A stretch of DNA of 64,000 bases from contig OZ281495.1 of assembly GCA_965637545.1 (NCBI GenBank), forward strand, positions 15,314,001-15,378,000. The letters run 5' to 3'. Below are positions 1-11,365 of the stretch, piece by piece. The first letter of the stretch is position 1. Every line of letters begins with the position of its first letter. Both the position numbers and the translations under genes were made by a program. Under the pieces are notes generated by a model, which saw only the letters and a list, made by a program, of their open reading frames with translations, was not told the origin of the DNA and did not search any database. Origin of the DNA: Phallusia mammillata (Eukaryota).

Positions 1-199
1 CCATAGCACAACACAAATTCCAATAATTATGGTCTGTATATATGCACAAAACATAACCGTAACATAAATGTTTCGTGTGGAACTTTGTCGTGTAGTACTG
101 GGTTTAATTTTAGGTGGGTCAGTAAAAACCGTTTAAATTTATGATAAACCTTTCGTTTTCTGAAGGTAATTGGTGCTATACGAGGTCGTCCGTTTAAAC

Positions 200-1453
200 C
201 AGTGGTTCCCAACCTGCATGGGGTTGGGGGGTCAGTTGAGGCAAAAATTTTTAGTCCATTGACCAACAGTAAAATGTTGTTAAGTTTCCAAACCGTTTTC
301 ACAATCCTGCATACAAGGGTGTAACGTGCAGTGAACGCGCCCCGGTTCTAGCGCGAAACGTCACACGAGGAGAATTGAAACGCGATTCCTAAAGGCCTCT
401 AATAAGCAGTCCACACAAATAGGTATTTTGCTGATCTTATTCGGCGAATAATTTTTTTAAATACAGGACAAGAGGACGGTAGGAGACGATGGAAAACGAT
501 AGGAAACGGTTTCTGCATAAAGCATGACATTAACACACTGCGCTATAAATGCAGAAATACAGAACAAATCTTACCAACTGTTGTGGTAACCGGAGAGAGT
601 AAATAGTATGCGCCTTTGTAACGTCACACACAGTTCTTACCAAGCTATGTTGGGCGATAGCACAAGTCACGCTTCACGTGAGGATAAAACAGGAATATTG
701 CGAAAACAAAATGCAACTTAAGCACATTGTTTAAACTTAACTACACATATAGCACAACTATTACAAAGCAAAATGACATTTTAGGTTATTGCAGTTGAGT
801 TCGCATTCATTATAATAATTCACATTTTGAAGTCATTAAACACATATGTACAAAGTGACTCACAAATAATCGTCAACACGCCATTAAAGGCTTTTCCAAT
901 ACCACCGACGCAGCACCGTGCTCCAGGGAAGTCAGCAACGAAAAGAAGTAAACCCCGTTGTTGTCACACAAAACTGGCAGTCAATTATTACGTCACACAA
1001 CGCAACAGATCACAACACAAATTGTAGTGAGGAAATTGTGAATCAATAGAAATCGGCAATAACTGGCACACAAGAAACATAGGGCAAATTGTTTATCACA
1101 TACCTTTTGGCCAAGACTAATTGATTACTTTTTAGTGATTGTTTCCACCCATTGTGATTGTGACGTCATAACATACATGGACAATAAAATTCTCTGCGCA
1201 AGCGTTGTGTCAAGTTTTATATGCCAGAAAATGTATCGCTTTGTTGCACTAACTGCTTCAGTACAGCGACCTAGGCTTATTGATAAAGGGCTGTGAAGGT
1301 GGACCAAAATGCTTGAAAAGCGAAATAACGCATAATGCAAGAAACGTAAAACATAGAAAGACGTGCGGTAAGTTACGTCAGGGGTCTGCAGACCTACAAG
1401 ATTTATAAAAGGGGCCCGTGACTACAAAAAGGTGGGGACTTGGGGAGCCACTT
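200..1453. mobile_element. hAT-type non-autonomous element (MITE) carrying an internal insertion
   Basis: Starts CAGTGGTTCCCAACC and ends GGGAGCCACTT. Flanked by the 8-bp direct repeat GTTTAAAC (192-199, 1454-1461). Both ends align with the shorter element at 50207-50641. Confidence 0.75.
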
Positions 1454-1560
1454 GTTTAAACATTGAACATGGGCGCTTATCACTTTTAATTTGCTAATTG
1501 GATCAAATTAAAACTTTACACTGCAATACTGGGTGAAACTTTGAGTTGGTCTCCAAAACC

Positions 1561-1685
1561 GCCGAATATTGAAACCCCGACGGGGAAAATTGAAATCGGT
1601 GGACATTAAAATGCAGTTTGGCGAATTTTGAATCTCGATCGGCGAATATTGAAATCTTGATCGATGAATATTGAAATCTCAATCA
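1561..1685. repeat. Degenerate ~22-bp minisatellite (GCGAATATTGAAATCTCGATCG-like)
   Basis: About 5-6 imperfect tandem units are visible. Confidence 0.65.
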
Positions 1686-2621
1686 GAATTTGTGGTCCAA
1701 CGCAGTCTGTGTCGACAAATTTGTTTTTTAGTTGTCAGACAAAGTTGTGAAAAAAACTAAACTTATATCAGTTTATCCAGATAATTTTTTGGGGGGCAAT
1801 CGGTTCCGAATTATCCGAGGTTTTTAGCACGTTAATACAGTGTTATTGTAATACAGAAGAGGTGTAATATTTGCCGGAGCCGGAATTTAATTTTATCAGA
1901 TCCGCAGAAGCAGGTGCCGGACCCGGAGTTTTTTTGCTTTCAATATTGTTTTGATAAAACAGAAAAAAAGCTTATGTTGGTGTTTTTTATAAGTTTTGAT
2001 TGGTTTAGTTGCGTTTTGCGGTGATAGTTGTTTATTATCATCAGGATTTAGACTTAGTGTTATTTTGTGACAATATGCCAAAAATTCCGAGTAAAAAAAA
2101 ACAGTTTAGAAATTTGCTGAGTCAGCAATTATTGCCAAAGTAAAAGCCTGTGCTCCGTTGCGCCGTCTTTTGAAAATTGTGTAGTAGCTCCTCTACTTTG
2201 TGTTGGTAGCTGTCTAGCTCATCATCACATGGGTAACATGCAGTTACATACGGTGTTCTAAAACAAAAATATTGCGTGGTTTGCCAGGATCGTGCTTGTG
2301 TTTAGTACCAAATGCTTGTTAGAAATTGCAATACAAGTTCAAAGAAGTGTGAGATAAATTGTAACTCAATAACTGTTGCGTCGTTCCACAGAAAGTGACA
2401 TAGATTTTTCCATGGCATAAGGTTTAATACTTAGTTTACTTACCATTATTTTAACTGAGTTGCCATTTAATTATTTTTTGCAAAAAAAAGAGTTCTATAT
2501 TTCAACATGCGAAATAAAGATGTTTTTAACAAAAACTGATTACACATAGTACTACTTTCACATAATAAAAGCCTAAGCACAACAAAAGGTGGCATTTTTT
2601 TGTCAATTTCAGAACAAAGCC

Positions 2622-3725
2622 ATGCGACTTAACAGGGTTTTACAGTTGATGAAGACTGAAGTAACTTTAAATGGCAAAGAATCATTTTACTCTAGAATAC
2701 TAAAATGTTTTCCTGGAAATATGAGTTTAGTGTTTTCATATGGGTCAGGAGTATTTCCTCAAACTGCGGGTGAATCTCCCACAAGCAATATGTTAGACTT
2801 TGTTTTTGTGGTTGATGATGCTAAAAAGTGGCATAGTGAAAATTTGCAAAGAAATCGAACACATTACTCGGCAATTATGAGAAATGCTGGTGTTGAACGC
2901 ATAACAAATGTAATGCAGAACTATGGTGCCTCAGTATATTACAACACAAACATTCACATGCTGGGAAGAACGTTAAAATACGGTGTTGTTGCTAAAGATT
3001 GTTTGGTAAAAGATCTTACCACATGGGATAAGCTCTATATTGCTGGACGTCTTCATAAACCTGTACATATTGCCCACCATAACTTTGAAAATTCACCAGA
3101 ACTGCTTGCAGGTCTGAAAACAAACCTTATTGGTGCTGTTCTAACTTCACTAATAATTTTACCTGAAACCTTTAGTGAAAGGGAACTTTTTGAAACCATT
3201 ACTGGTTTGTCCTACATGGGGGACTTTCGAATGACATTCGGTGAAGACAAAAAGAAAGTTGCCAAAATTGTTCAGTCTAATTATGAGAGATTTCAACAAC
3301 TGTATTACCCAGTGCTAGAGGGCATCTGTGAGACATCTTTTAGTCAATCACCATCATCACAAAGTTTCATTTACTGGAAACGAAACAGTGGAATCATTGA
3401 CCAAGACAAATCTCCAACAGTTCAACATAATCATTTAAAGCGCCTTCCTATCACTGTACAACTGCAAGTCTGTCGTATATTTGACATTCAAGCCAAACAC
3501 ATTCGTGATGTGGAAGAAATTCTTAAAAGTGTTGCAAGATATCCAGACAGTGCAGATGTTGTGCAACAAGCTGTGACAAATATTGTTCAACGACAAAGCA
3601 AAGGTCAAAGCTTAAAGGGCATTTTAACAGCAGGACCTTGGACATCAATTAAATACAGTGCTAACAAAATTAAGAAAATGGTGGCAAGTATGTCCTTCAA
3701 AAGACCAGTATCCAAAACAATTTAG
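2622..3725 (+). CDS. TAMM41: Mitochondrial phosphatidate cytidylyltransferase TAM41, single coding exon
   Basis: Tam41/Mmp37 motifs FSYGSGVFPQ, MLDFVFVV, VYYNT, LKYGVV, LYIAGRLHKPV, GLSYMGDFRM, QSLKGILTAG. First true ATG is at 2622, preceded by a TTTCAG acceptor. Confidence 0.93.
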   Translation: MRLNRVLQLMKTEVTLNGKESFYSRILKCFPGNMSLVFSYGSGVFPQTAGESPTSNMLDFVFVVDDAKKWHSENLQRNRTHYSAIMRNAGVERITNVMQNYGASVYYNTNIHMLGRTLKYGVVAKDCLVKDLTTWDKLYIAGRLHKPVHIAHHNFENSPELLAGLKTNLIGAVLTSLIILPETFSERELFETITGLSYMGDFRMTFGEDKKKVAKIVQSNYERFQQLYYPVLEGICETSFSQSPSSQSFIYWKRNSGIIDQDKSPTVQHNHLKRLPITVQLQVCRIFDIQAKHIRDVEEILKSVARYPDSADVVQQAVTNIVQRQSKGQSLKGILTAGPWTSIKYSANKIKKMVASMSFKRPVSKTI

Positions 3726-4033
3726 ATTAAAACGTCGCCAATTTTTACGTATTTCTTCGTGTTAGATAAAACTTTTGGTAAAACCCAATACATATGAAGT
3801 ACTTGCAGTGTAGCAGCCATGTCGTATAAAATTTGTGATAAATGGCTATGTATTATTAAACATATCAACAGTTTCATGCTCCACTTATACACAGCAATAC
3901 CTCATACAAATTACTGTTCTGAGCCTGTATAATGTGTGTGCAACACATGAAAAAGTTAAAATTGCCACCATCTGCGCTATGACCATTAAAACTCCAAAAA
4001 TTAAGTGCCAATTTGTTCTTATTATACGGTAAA

Positions 4034-5506
4034 TTAAAGTTTACTTGCTTTATCCATCATGAAAACTTTGTCTAATCCAGAAGCTAGGTGATTTGGAAGG
4101 CACTTCAACGGTCTTTGTGTTTTTGGATCTACAAATACATGTACTGGAAAACCAGTGACACTTGGTTCAGTGTGATAATGCCTTTCCATGTCCTTTAAGA
4201 CATCAACTTTATTTTCAGTAACCAAAAGACCCTGGGAGCCTATTCCCAAGATCAACAAAGGGTCATGGTTATTTGATTCTGCATGCCTTTTTTCTTCCAT
4301 TGCAATATTGTAGTCGATTTTGGGTTCAAAAAATGCTACTTCATAGTGGACACTTGACTTTCCAACCTTCTTTACTCCTAGTCCGGCTAAGATTACTTGA
4401 GGAAATATGAAGGGTTTCCTGATACAAAGTTTTGAAAACTCTTAAGGAAATAAAGTTTGGCGAAAAATATAAAAAACAAAGCCTAAATATCACTCAGGAA
4501 ATATTAACAAAACAATCTGACTTTACATAAACATATACCTACTTGTAAATGCATTGGGTTTGGATCATGTAAGCTAAAGCAGTTGTGTTCACTCTGTCAG
4601 TGCTCAATCCACAATACCTGCACAAAAACTTTTGCTTGTCATTAACAAAATGCAACACAAAGTGTGGGGATAAATATACATATTACAGTTTACAAACTTC
4701 ATTAAGGAACAAACAGGCCAGCTTACTCACACTGGTTTGTCTGATTCTTGTCACCTTATCTACAACATTTTAATTTGGAAGATGGATTTATTACATAAAA
4801 TATGCCTGTGGTTTGTGTCCGAAAAAACATATTTTCACAAGGCTATGGTTTAAAGCTGCAGTATTGCCACAGCATCCTTTTTGCACTGGAAAAGTTTAGC
4901 AGGACCCCACCAATTAAAAATATTGAATAATGACATGATGAATCAAATTATCACAATAATTTTAACAGTCATAAATAAAATAACAATTGGGTTGCAACTG
5001 ATGCCACATAGCCAATATTAAATGAAGTATGGTGATTGTTTTTTCCTGCAGTCATACTGTGCCCGAACTACAGCCATCATGCTCAAAATAAAAAGTGGCT
5101 GTAAAATCTTCTTTTATTAGATGTTAAAGATTACTGTGTATACATTAACAGCATTAATGATATTTTTGTATGTGGAATCCTAGAATATGACATTACCCGT
5201 GAAAAATTAACAATAAATTAATCTATTATATGTACCAAATTAGATACGTGTTAACAACTGTATCACAATAGAAGTGATACTGGGAGTTGTTGACGTGGCC
5301 ATAGTAGTCGTTGTCAGCACATCTTGTTTGGATGGGAAGAAAATACCTGAAACAAAACAAGATACATTAAGATGCTAGATACAAGATACATTCAAAAATA
5401 GATTTGTTACTTACCTGTATTTTGAAAAATTTGACTGCATCCTGATGTCCACAGACAGTTTATTACAATATTTACCCAAATAAAACAGATTTCTAAAAGG
5501 TCTCAT
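4034..5506 (-). CDS. Hotdog-fold acyl-CoA thioesterase (4HBT/YbgC-like), 4 coding exons, C-terminal SKL
   Basis: Exons at about 5415-5506, 5237-5346, 4543-4617 and 4034-4418 splice in frame. Motifs YFLPIQTRCADNDYYGHVNN, AGLGVKKVGKSSVHYEVAFF and VHVFVDPKTQRP. Ends DKASKL*. Confidence 0.85.
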
Positions 5507-5664
5507 ACTTCCTAAAAATTTCAAATGCACACAATATAATAATCAAACATATTGTTTGCGTTATATTTTGTATGTAGAGCGGACAAAGCTGATCTCATTT
5601 TATCAACAAATTTTCTTCAGGTTTAGATGAAGCTGATTCTTCTTATTAAATTCGTGTTTTTCAA

Positions 5665-6343
5665 TTAAAAGCTACTTTTGTTCCTGTCAGCTGTCACCAT
5701 CATTGATTTTGTTGTTTTGGATTTTGTGTTTTTAAGTTTGGTTGCCTGTGAACAAATACAGCGTTGTAATTTACTAATGTTATTAAAGGTAAACTGAATT
5801 TGATCTATCTTTCTGAAAACATGCCATAACAATGTGTTGTTTAACATGCAAATACTGACATTAATGTTTTTGCTCAGAATGTTTACAATAGATATGTAAA
5901 AGCAAAATATTACATTGGTAATAAATCTCCAATTGGAATTTCAGGATCTGGAATAATCATCTCTGAATTGTCATCAAAGTTTTTTACAAGTTCTTTGTAT
6001 GTTGGCATCATTGGACTCACAATAAAATCATTCTGTCCAATCTTTACTTTCATTTCATGTTTATGTACTGCAAGACAAAGTAATGTTGTTTCAGCATACA
6101 ATTATAAATCATAAAATGTGTATGGTGGTATACAAATTAGTTTTTTGGCTTATGGTTACTTTTTTTTAATTCTATTTCAACATTATTAAACAACAACTCT
6201 TATATCTGTGACAAATTACGAAAAGCCAACTCACCTGGTTCATTTTTGCTATTTGTTTCAGAATCATTTTGCAACAAGCTTTTAACTGACCTTCCTTGCT
6301 TTATTTCAGACTCGAACTCCGACCAAGTCATTGACGAACCCAT
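5665..6343 (-). CDS. Small uncharacterised spliced gene (about 100-140 aa)
   Basis: MGSSMTWSEFESEIKQG...NEP|VHKHEMKV...DPEIPIGDLLP joins in frame over a canonical GTGAG..TTGCAG intron. The last exon is ambiguous (two possible acceptors). No family recognised. Confidence 0.45.
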
Positions 6344-7244
6344 TCCTCTGCAGCAAACTGCAAAAACATACGTCAAACGGGTTGATCGTCTTGCATTAGG
6401 GGATTCCCCAATCTTTAAATTTTTATACCGTTTGCTGCTTCGTTGCAATGACAGACTTACCATACCAAAATGCCAAAAATTTGAACGTGCCGGAATGGGT
6501 ATTTACGTGCTCCACATTAAAATAAACCAATCAGACTCGATTGGATACACTTTTGGATTATATATTATATTCTACGCATCTTTCCTCAGTAGGCCTACTT
6601 AAACATTTAAAATGTGCATTACTTACACATTTAAAATATGCATTACATCATTTTGCTTTGCTTTTGTTATAGTCTATTTTCCACGCTTGACTCGTGTAGC
6701 GAGATGGGAAACCCATGGCACGTCAAATAATTTGTAAACATATATTCCAAAACATGTTGATCCAGATTGAACTTATAGTCTACCAAACACAGAAACAGTG
6801 TCGTTATCACGCATGGCAGGCAATTTTTTTTAAACAAGCACCAAATAATATTTGCAGTAGCTTTTTTCAACAGTATTGGTTTCTTGCATTTTGTGCGGTT
6901 GCACAAGTGGGTACTTCCCGAGGTAAAATATCTGTTACGGTTGATTGGGTATGTAACAGTAAGCTTTTTGTCTCCATGTGCGGTGTTACACCAAGTGAAA
7001 GTGACCATAGCATGTGCTAGGCTTTATTTGAGTCAGTGTATAAACAATATGAAGAAAAGTTGGTTGTTCTAGCGATATTAGTCTGCACTTGAAAAAAATC
7101 TCCATTTCGATTTACTGCACCAACAGCGAAAAGTTAAGGGTTTATCATTTGTATGTGTGTGTTAAATTTCGTATGTTGACAATCATGTATTCATTTCAAT
7201 AAATGTTATTATTTCACTTAGAAAAGGTAATAGGTACCATTAAG

Positions 7245-10217
7245 ATGGAGTTACAAGCTGTTGTAATGGCTGGTGGCCGTGGAAGTCACATGTTGGATTT
7301 GACACAAGGATTGAGACCTAAACCTTTTGTTCTTGTTGGCAACAAGCCTCTTATCTGGTACACCATTAACATGTTGGAAGGAGCTGGATTTTCTGGTTTG
7401 TTAACAGTTTAACCACATACTGATGGTTTTTAAATGTGCAAACATAAATGTTTTTTTATGTTTTTGTGTATAGAAGCCATCATCATTACCCTAAATTGTG
7501 TAAAGACGCACATGGAACTTGTACTTAAAGAATTTAACATGATAACAAAAGTAATTGGAATTTCTGAAGAATCTGATTTGGACACTGTTGACTCCTTGTG
7601 CCTTATTAAAGACCTAATTAAGGTGAGTCATTAGGTCAGAGGTAAAAAAAAACTCTTCTTGTTTGTTTAAACTAAGTCAACAGCATGAATGAAAAAAAAA
7701 AAACTGTTGTTGTAGGGAACTTGTAACATGATGCAATATGTAAATAAAACTTTTTTGTTTACGTTTACTACCTAAATGTTTAAAAGGCAGAAGTCAGACT
7801 GGTAATATGAGTGCATGCCAAAGAGATAAGCCGAATCAAGCCAGTAACTGAATAGTTCACACACAGTAATACTAAACATATTTTATGTAATATGCTCGCA
7901 ACTGTTTTTTTTTAATTTGGCAACAAATCGTTTGTTATGTCAAAACATTCCAAACATGTATATAGCATCAATGGCATTAAAGGCTGTTGCCTGGGTAAAG
8001 ACTTACAGCAGTTTTTTCATGCAGTCAGATGTTGTAGTTTTGAGTTGTGATCTCATTACGGATTTACCATTTCACCGTCTGGCAGATGTTCACAGACTTC
8101 ATGATTCTTCTGTCACTATGTTATTGTGTCCTGCCAAAGCTGACATTGAAAATATTCCTGGGGTCAAACAAAAAAAGAAAGGTGCATACATTTTTGTCTG
8201 AAGTTTCTGCAATTTATTTAAGATGTCTTCATGTAAGTCTTTCCTTACTTGATATTTTTTAGGACAACAAAAGCAAAGAGAATTTATTGGACTATGTCCG
8301 ACTGAAAGATTAAACCAACGCGTTTTGTTTCTCCTAAATGAAGCGGATTTAGAAGTCAGTAAAGTGGCATTAGATATATATACTTTAAAGATAAGCTGAA
8401 ACCTGTCATTTTATTACTGGTTTAAAGCAGGATTTAAAGAACTAGTAAATAATACTAGTAACATGCAAATATTGCCTTTTAGGATGATTTGTTACCTGTA
8501 AACCAGTCATTGATGAGAGAGTTCCCAAAATTTCAAGTCAGAACTGACCTTCATGATACACATGTTTATCTTTTTAAAAAGTGGATGATTAACTACCTTA
8601 CACACAACAAGTAATTTGTACAAAAGCAAAAGTTCATAATTTTATATAAACCTCATTGCTGCTGTTTTATTATTTAGAATGAGAAGTTCTTTGCGAAGTG
8701 AGGTACTTCCCTATGTTGTGCAAAAACAATTTGCAAAGTCCAACAGGTTTCAGAATGGTACAGGGGAAGGAGAAACAAACATAAAAATGGATGTTAATGG
8801 TAATAATGGGTGTAATATAACATACTAAAAATGGCAAATATGATATTGCAGACTTTACAGTTCAATTCAATTGCTAAGTATTATTTTACGAAAGGAAGTA
8901 AATATATGATTTGCACAGACAGTGTTTTTATTTCAAAGTTGACATGGTGGGATTTTTTTAAAATGAATATTCGTAGCAGTATACGACTACGGATAAAATT
9001 CAAAAATGTTTCTCTAATTGTATTTTGTAACAAATCATAAAAGTTACTTGCTTGCACCTTTTTTAGACAAACTAACTTTTGGTTTTCTGATTTGCTGGTA
9101 ATGTGAACATCATTTTGTTTTCAGATATCTTTTCATATGTTGATGAAGATAGTGAAAAAGATTTTATTTATGATCTCACGCTTGCTCCGCATGAACGCAA
9201 AGTGAATTCTAAAAGCATTACTTGTTATGCTTATATATATGAAGAAGGTCTATGTATGAATGCAAACAACATTTCGCTGTACATGGAAGCCAATAGAGTT
9301 GTAAGTTGTGTGTTTTCATAAGCGAAGATTTTGCTTTGTCTTTTTGTTTCGGACAGTCAGTTCGTCGATTCATGAACAACTGCTAAATGTTTGTGCTTAA
9401 CTTTAAATTGCTTGACTCACTGTGATTCCACTGATTTTTAGTTTCTAAAAGAAATAGCTTTTTATATTTAGAGGGTATTTGAATTTCCAAATTTTGCTTT
9501 ATAGGTTTCCAAACCAGATTCGACGTTTTTGAACATCCAAACCCGAGTTCACCCATCCAGTAGAGTAGACGAAAAATCACAGGTTTTTATTGGCAATATC
9601 TGCTTTTTTAAAATGTAAACATTGCGTTGATATCAGGTTGGAGCAGATTGTTTGGTTGGCGAAAGAACGGAAATAGCAGAGCGTACATCTGTGAAGCGAA
9701 CAATCGTTGGTCGAAATTGCACGATTGGTTCTGGTGTACGATTGTCGAATTGTGTCATAATGGATCGTGTTCACATTGACAATGGGTGAGTTAAATTAAA
9801 GAAATTTATTAGGCTGATCAGGTAAAGTTGTGTAATTTTCACCCTTTTTCACAAATTTATGTTATTTGCAGGAGCAATTTAAACGGTTGCATTTTATGCG
9901 ATGACGTGGTTATCGGGGAAAAGTGCGATTTAAAAGATTGTTTTGTTGGTGATCAAAAGAAGCTTACAGCAATGAGTACGTGTTTTGTTCTTCAATTTAA
10001 AAATTCACCTTTTCTTTTTACACAAGCATTAGGTGGGACAAAAATTGGCTGTAAATTGGCTTCTCAAACTGTAGCAGAGGTTTTGGCGCAATCCCTACAG
10101 TGCCTTATTAAATCCGGAAAGTTTGGTTTGAGTAATATATTTTGCCTTTTCTTAATCACAGCTCGCTTGTCCAAAGAATCCCTTGTTGAAAGTCAAGCAA
10201 TGATGGAATTTGAATGA
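7245..10217 (+). CDS. EIF2B3: Translation initiation factor eIF-2B subunit gamma, multi-exon
   Basis: [14 protein letters not shown]...[15 protein letters not shown]; [24 protein letters not shown]; C-terminal left-handed beta-helix repeats (VGADCLVGE..., [25 protein letters not shown]). Confidence 0.92.
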
Positions 10218-11365
10218 AACTATTCCACATACGCATGTAAAGTCCGTGGCGTTGGAATGCGAATGAAGGTGGTTACCGGAAGTTCCTCAGTTGTTTATAT
10301 TGATAGCACCAGTGTATGTGTGTATTGCGTGTTTTGGAACGGAAGCTGGGTTTTACCAAAATGTGCTGCTTTGAGTATAAATTATTGTCGGAAACAGTAG
10401 CTACTGTCGGACTAAGTAGCATCGTTACCATAAGACTCACAAATAATACAGGTTGATAGAGTTACCACACAACGTTTTAAGTTAGCGCATAATTTCTCAG
10501 GCCCGAAGCATTGGTAAGCTTATAGGCCGATAAGCTATTATATGCTCCTAAAACAGATTCGTGAGCAATCTTATGGACGCCAAAATTAGTCCTACCTCTA
10601 CAGCAGAGGTTGGCAAAACAACGCTGCAGGTTCGAATAGAATTTGTCACAGGGTCGCGCAGGATCTTTTTCGGGACATTTTGTGTGATTAGTGGCAGAGT
10701 TTGCATCGGGCATTTTATCGAAAGCCGACTCGAAAAAAGTGCCTTTGGTTAACCAGACAGTATAGTTACCTCGCATGAAGCCAACATGATATTTCCGCAA
10801 GAGCGTAGCAACATAATTGCGAAACAGTGACGGTGGGGGATATGTTTCCAAGTTATGTATATAGTCGGTTTGATTCCCAAAAAGTCCATGTTCCCATTAG
10901 ATATTGAGATATGTTTTATGAGTAGTAAATTACTGCACTGGCAATAATAGATTTGTCGACCACCTTTAGCGTTGATGTCAAGGGACGTTCTAGCCATTCA
11001 GCTCAGTCGAAAGTGACGCTTAAATTCATTGCTTCTCAAAGTTTTATTTACTAGAGGGCCGTGCACTGTGCGAAACAAACTCTTATTTCACGTTTAGATG
11101 TTTGCATTTTGCGTGCCACGTAAGAAAATTTTGCTGATTGGTGTGTCGTTTGCTTTAAAAGTTTGAGCTATAGGCCTTTAGGGAACTATTTTATCGAACA
11201 ATCACTGATCTAAACAATCGTTTTACGCGCATTACGCCTCTTACAAAAAATGTGATTTTTGAATGACTACATGAACTTTTTGCAGTGAGATAACAACTTC
11301 AAATGAACACCCGCGTTTATTAGATGTTTCGCATTTCATGCTTTACATAAAAAAAATGTTGTTGA

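Noticed and set aside
320-628. TGTAACGT...ACGTCACA segment as a solo LTR inside the first MITE
   Set aside because: Short inverted ends are present, but there is no TSD and no second copy in the window. Unsupported.
1561-1685. Regularly spaced repeats as a possible CRISPR array
   Set aside because: Units are adjacent and degenerate with no unique spacers, there are no cas genes, and the context is eukaryotic.
2589-2621. ORF-track start of TAMM41 at 2589
   Set aside because: It is a GTG upstream of a splice acceptor. The first ATG is at 2622.
10477-10997. ORFs between the EIF2B3 and AMPD 3' ends
   Set aside because: No motifs and no consistent splice structure. Likely UTR or intergenic.
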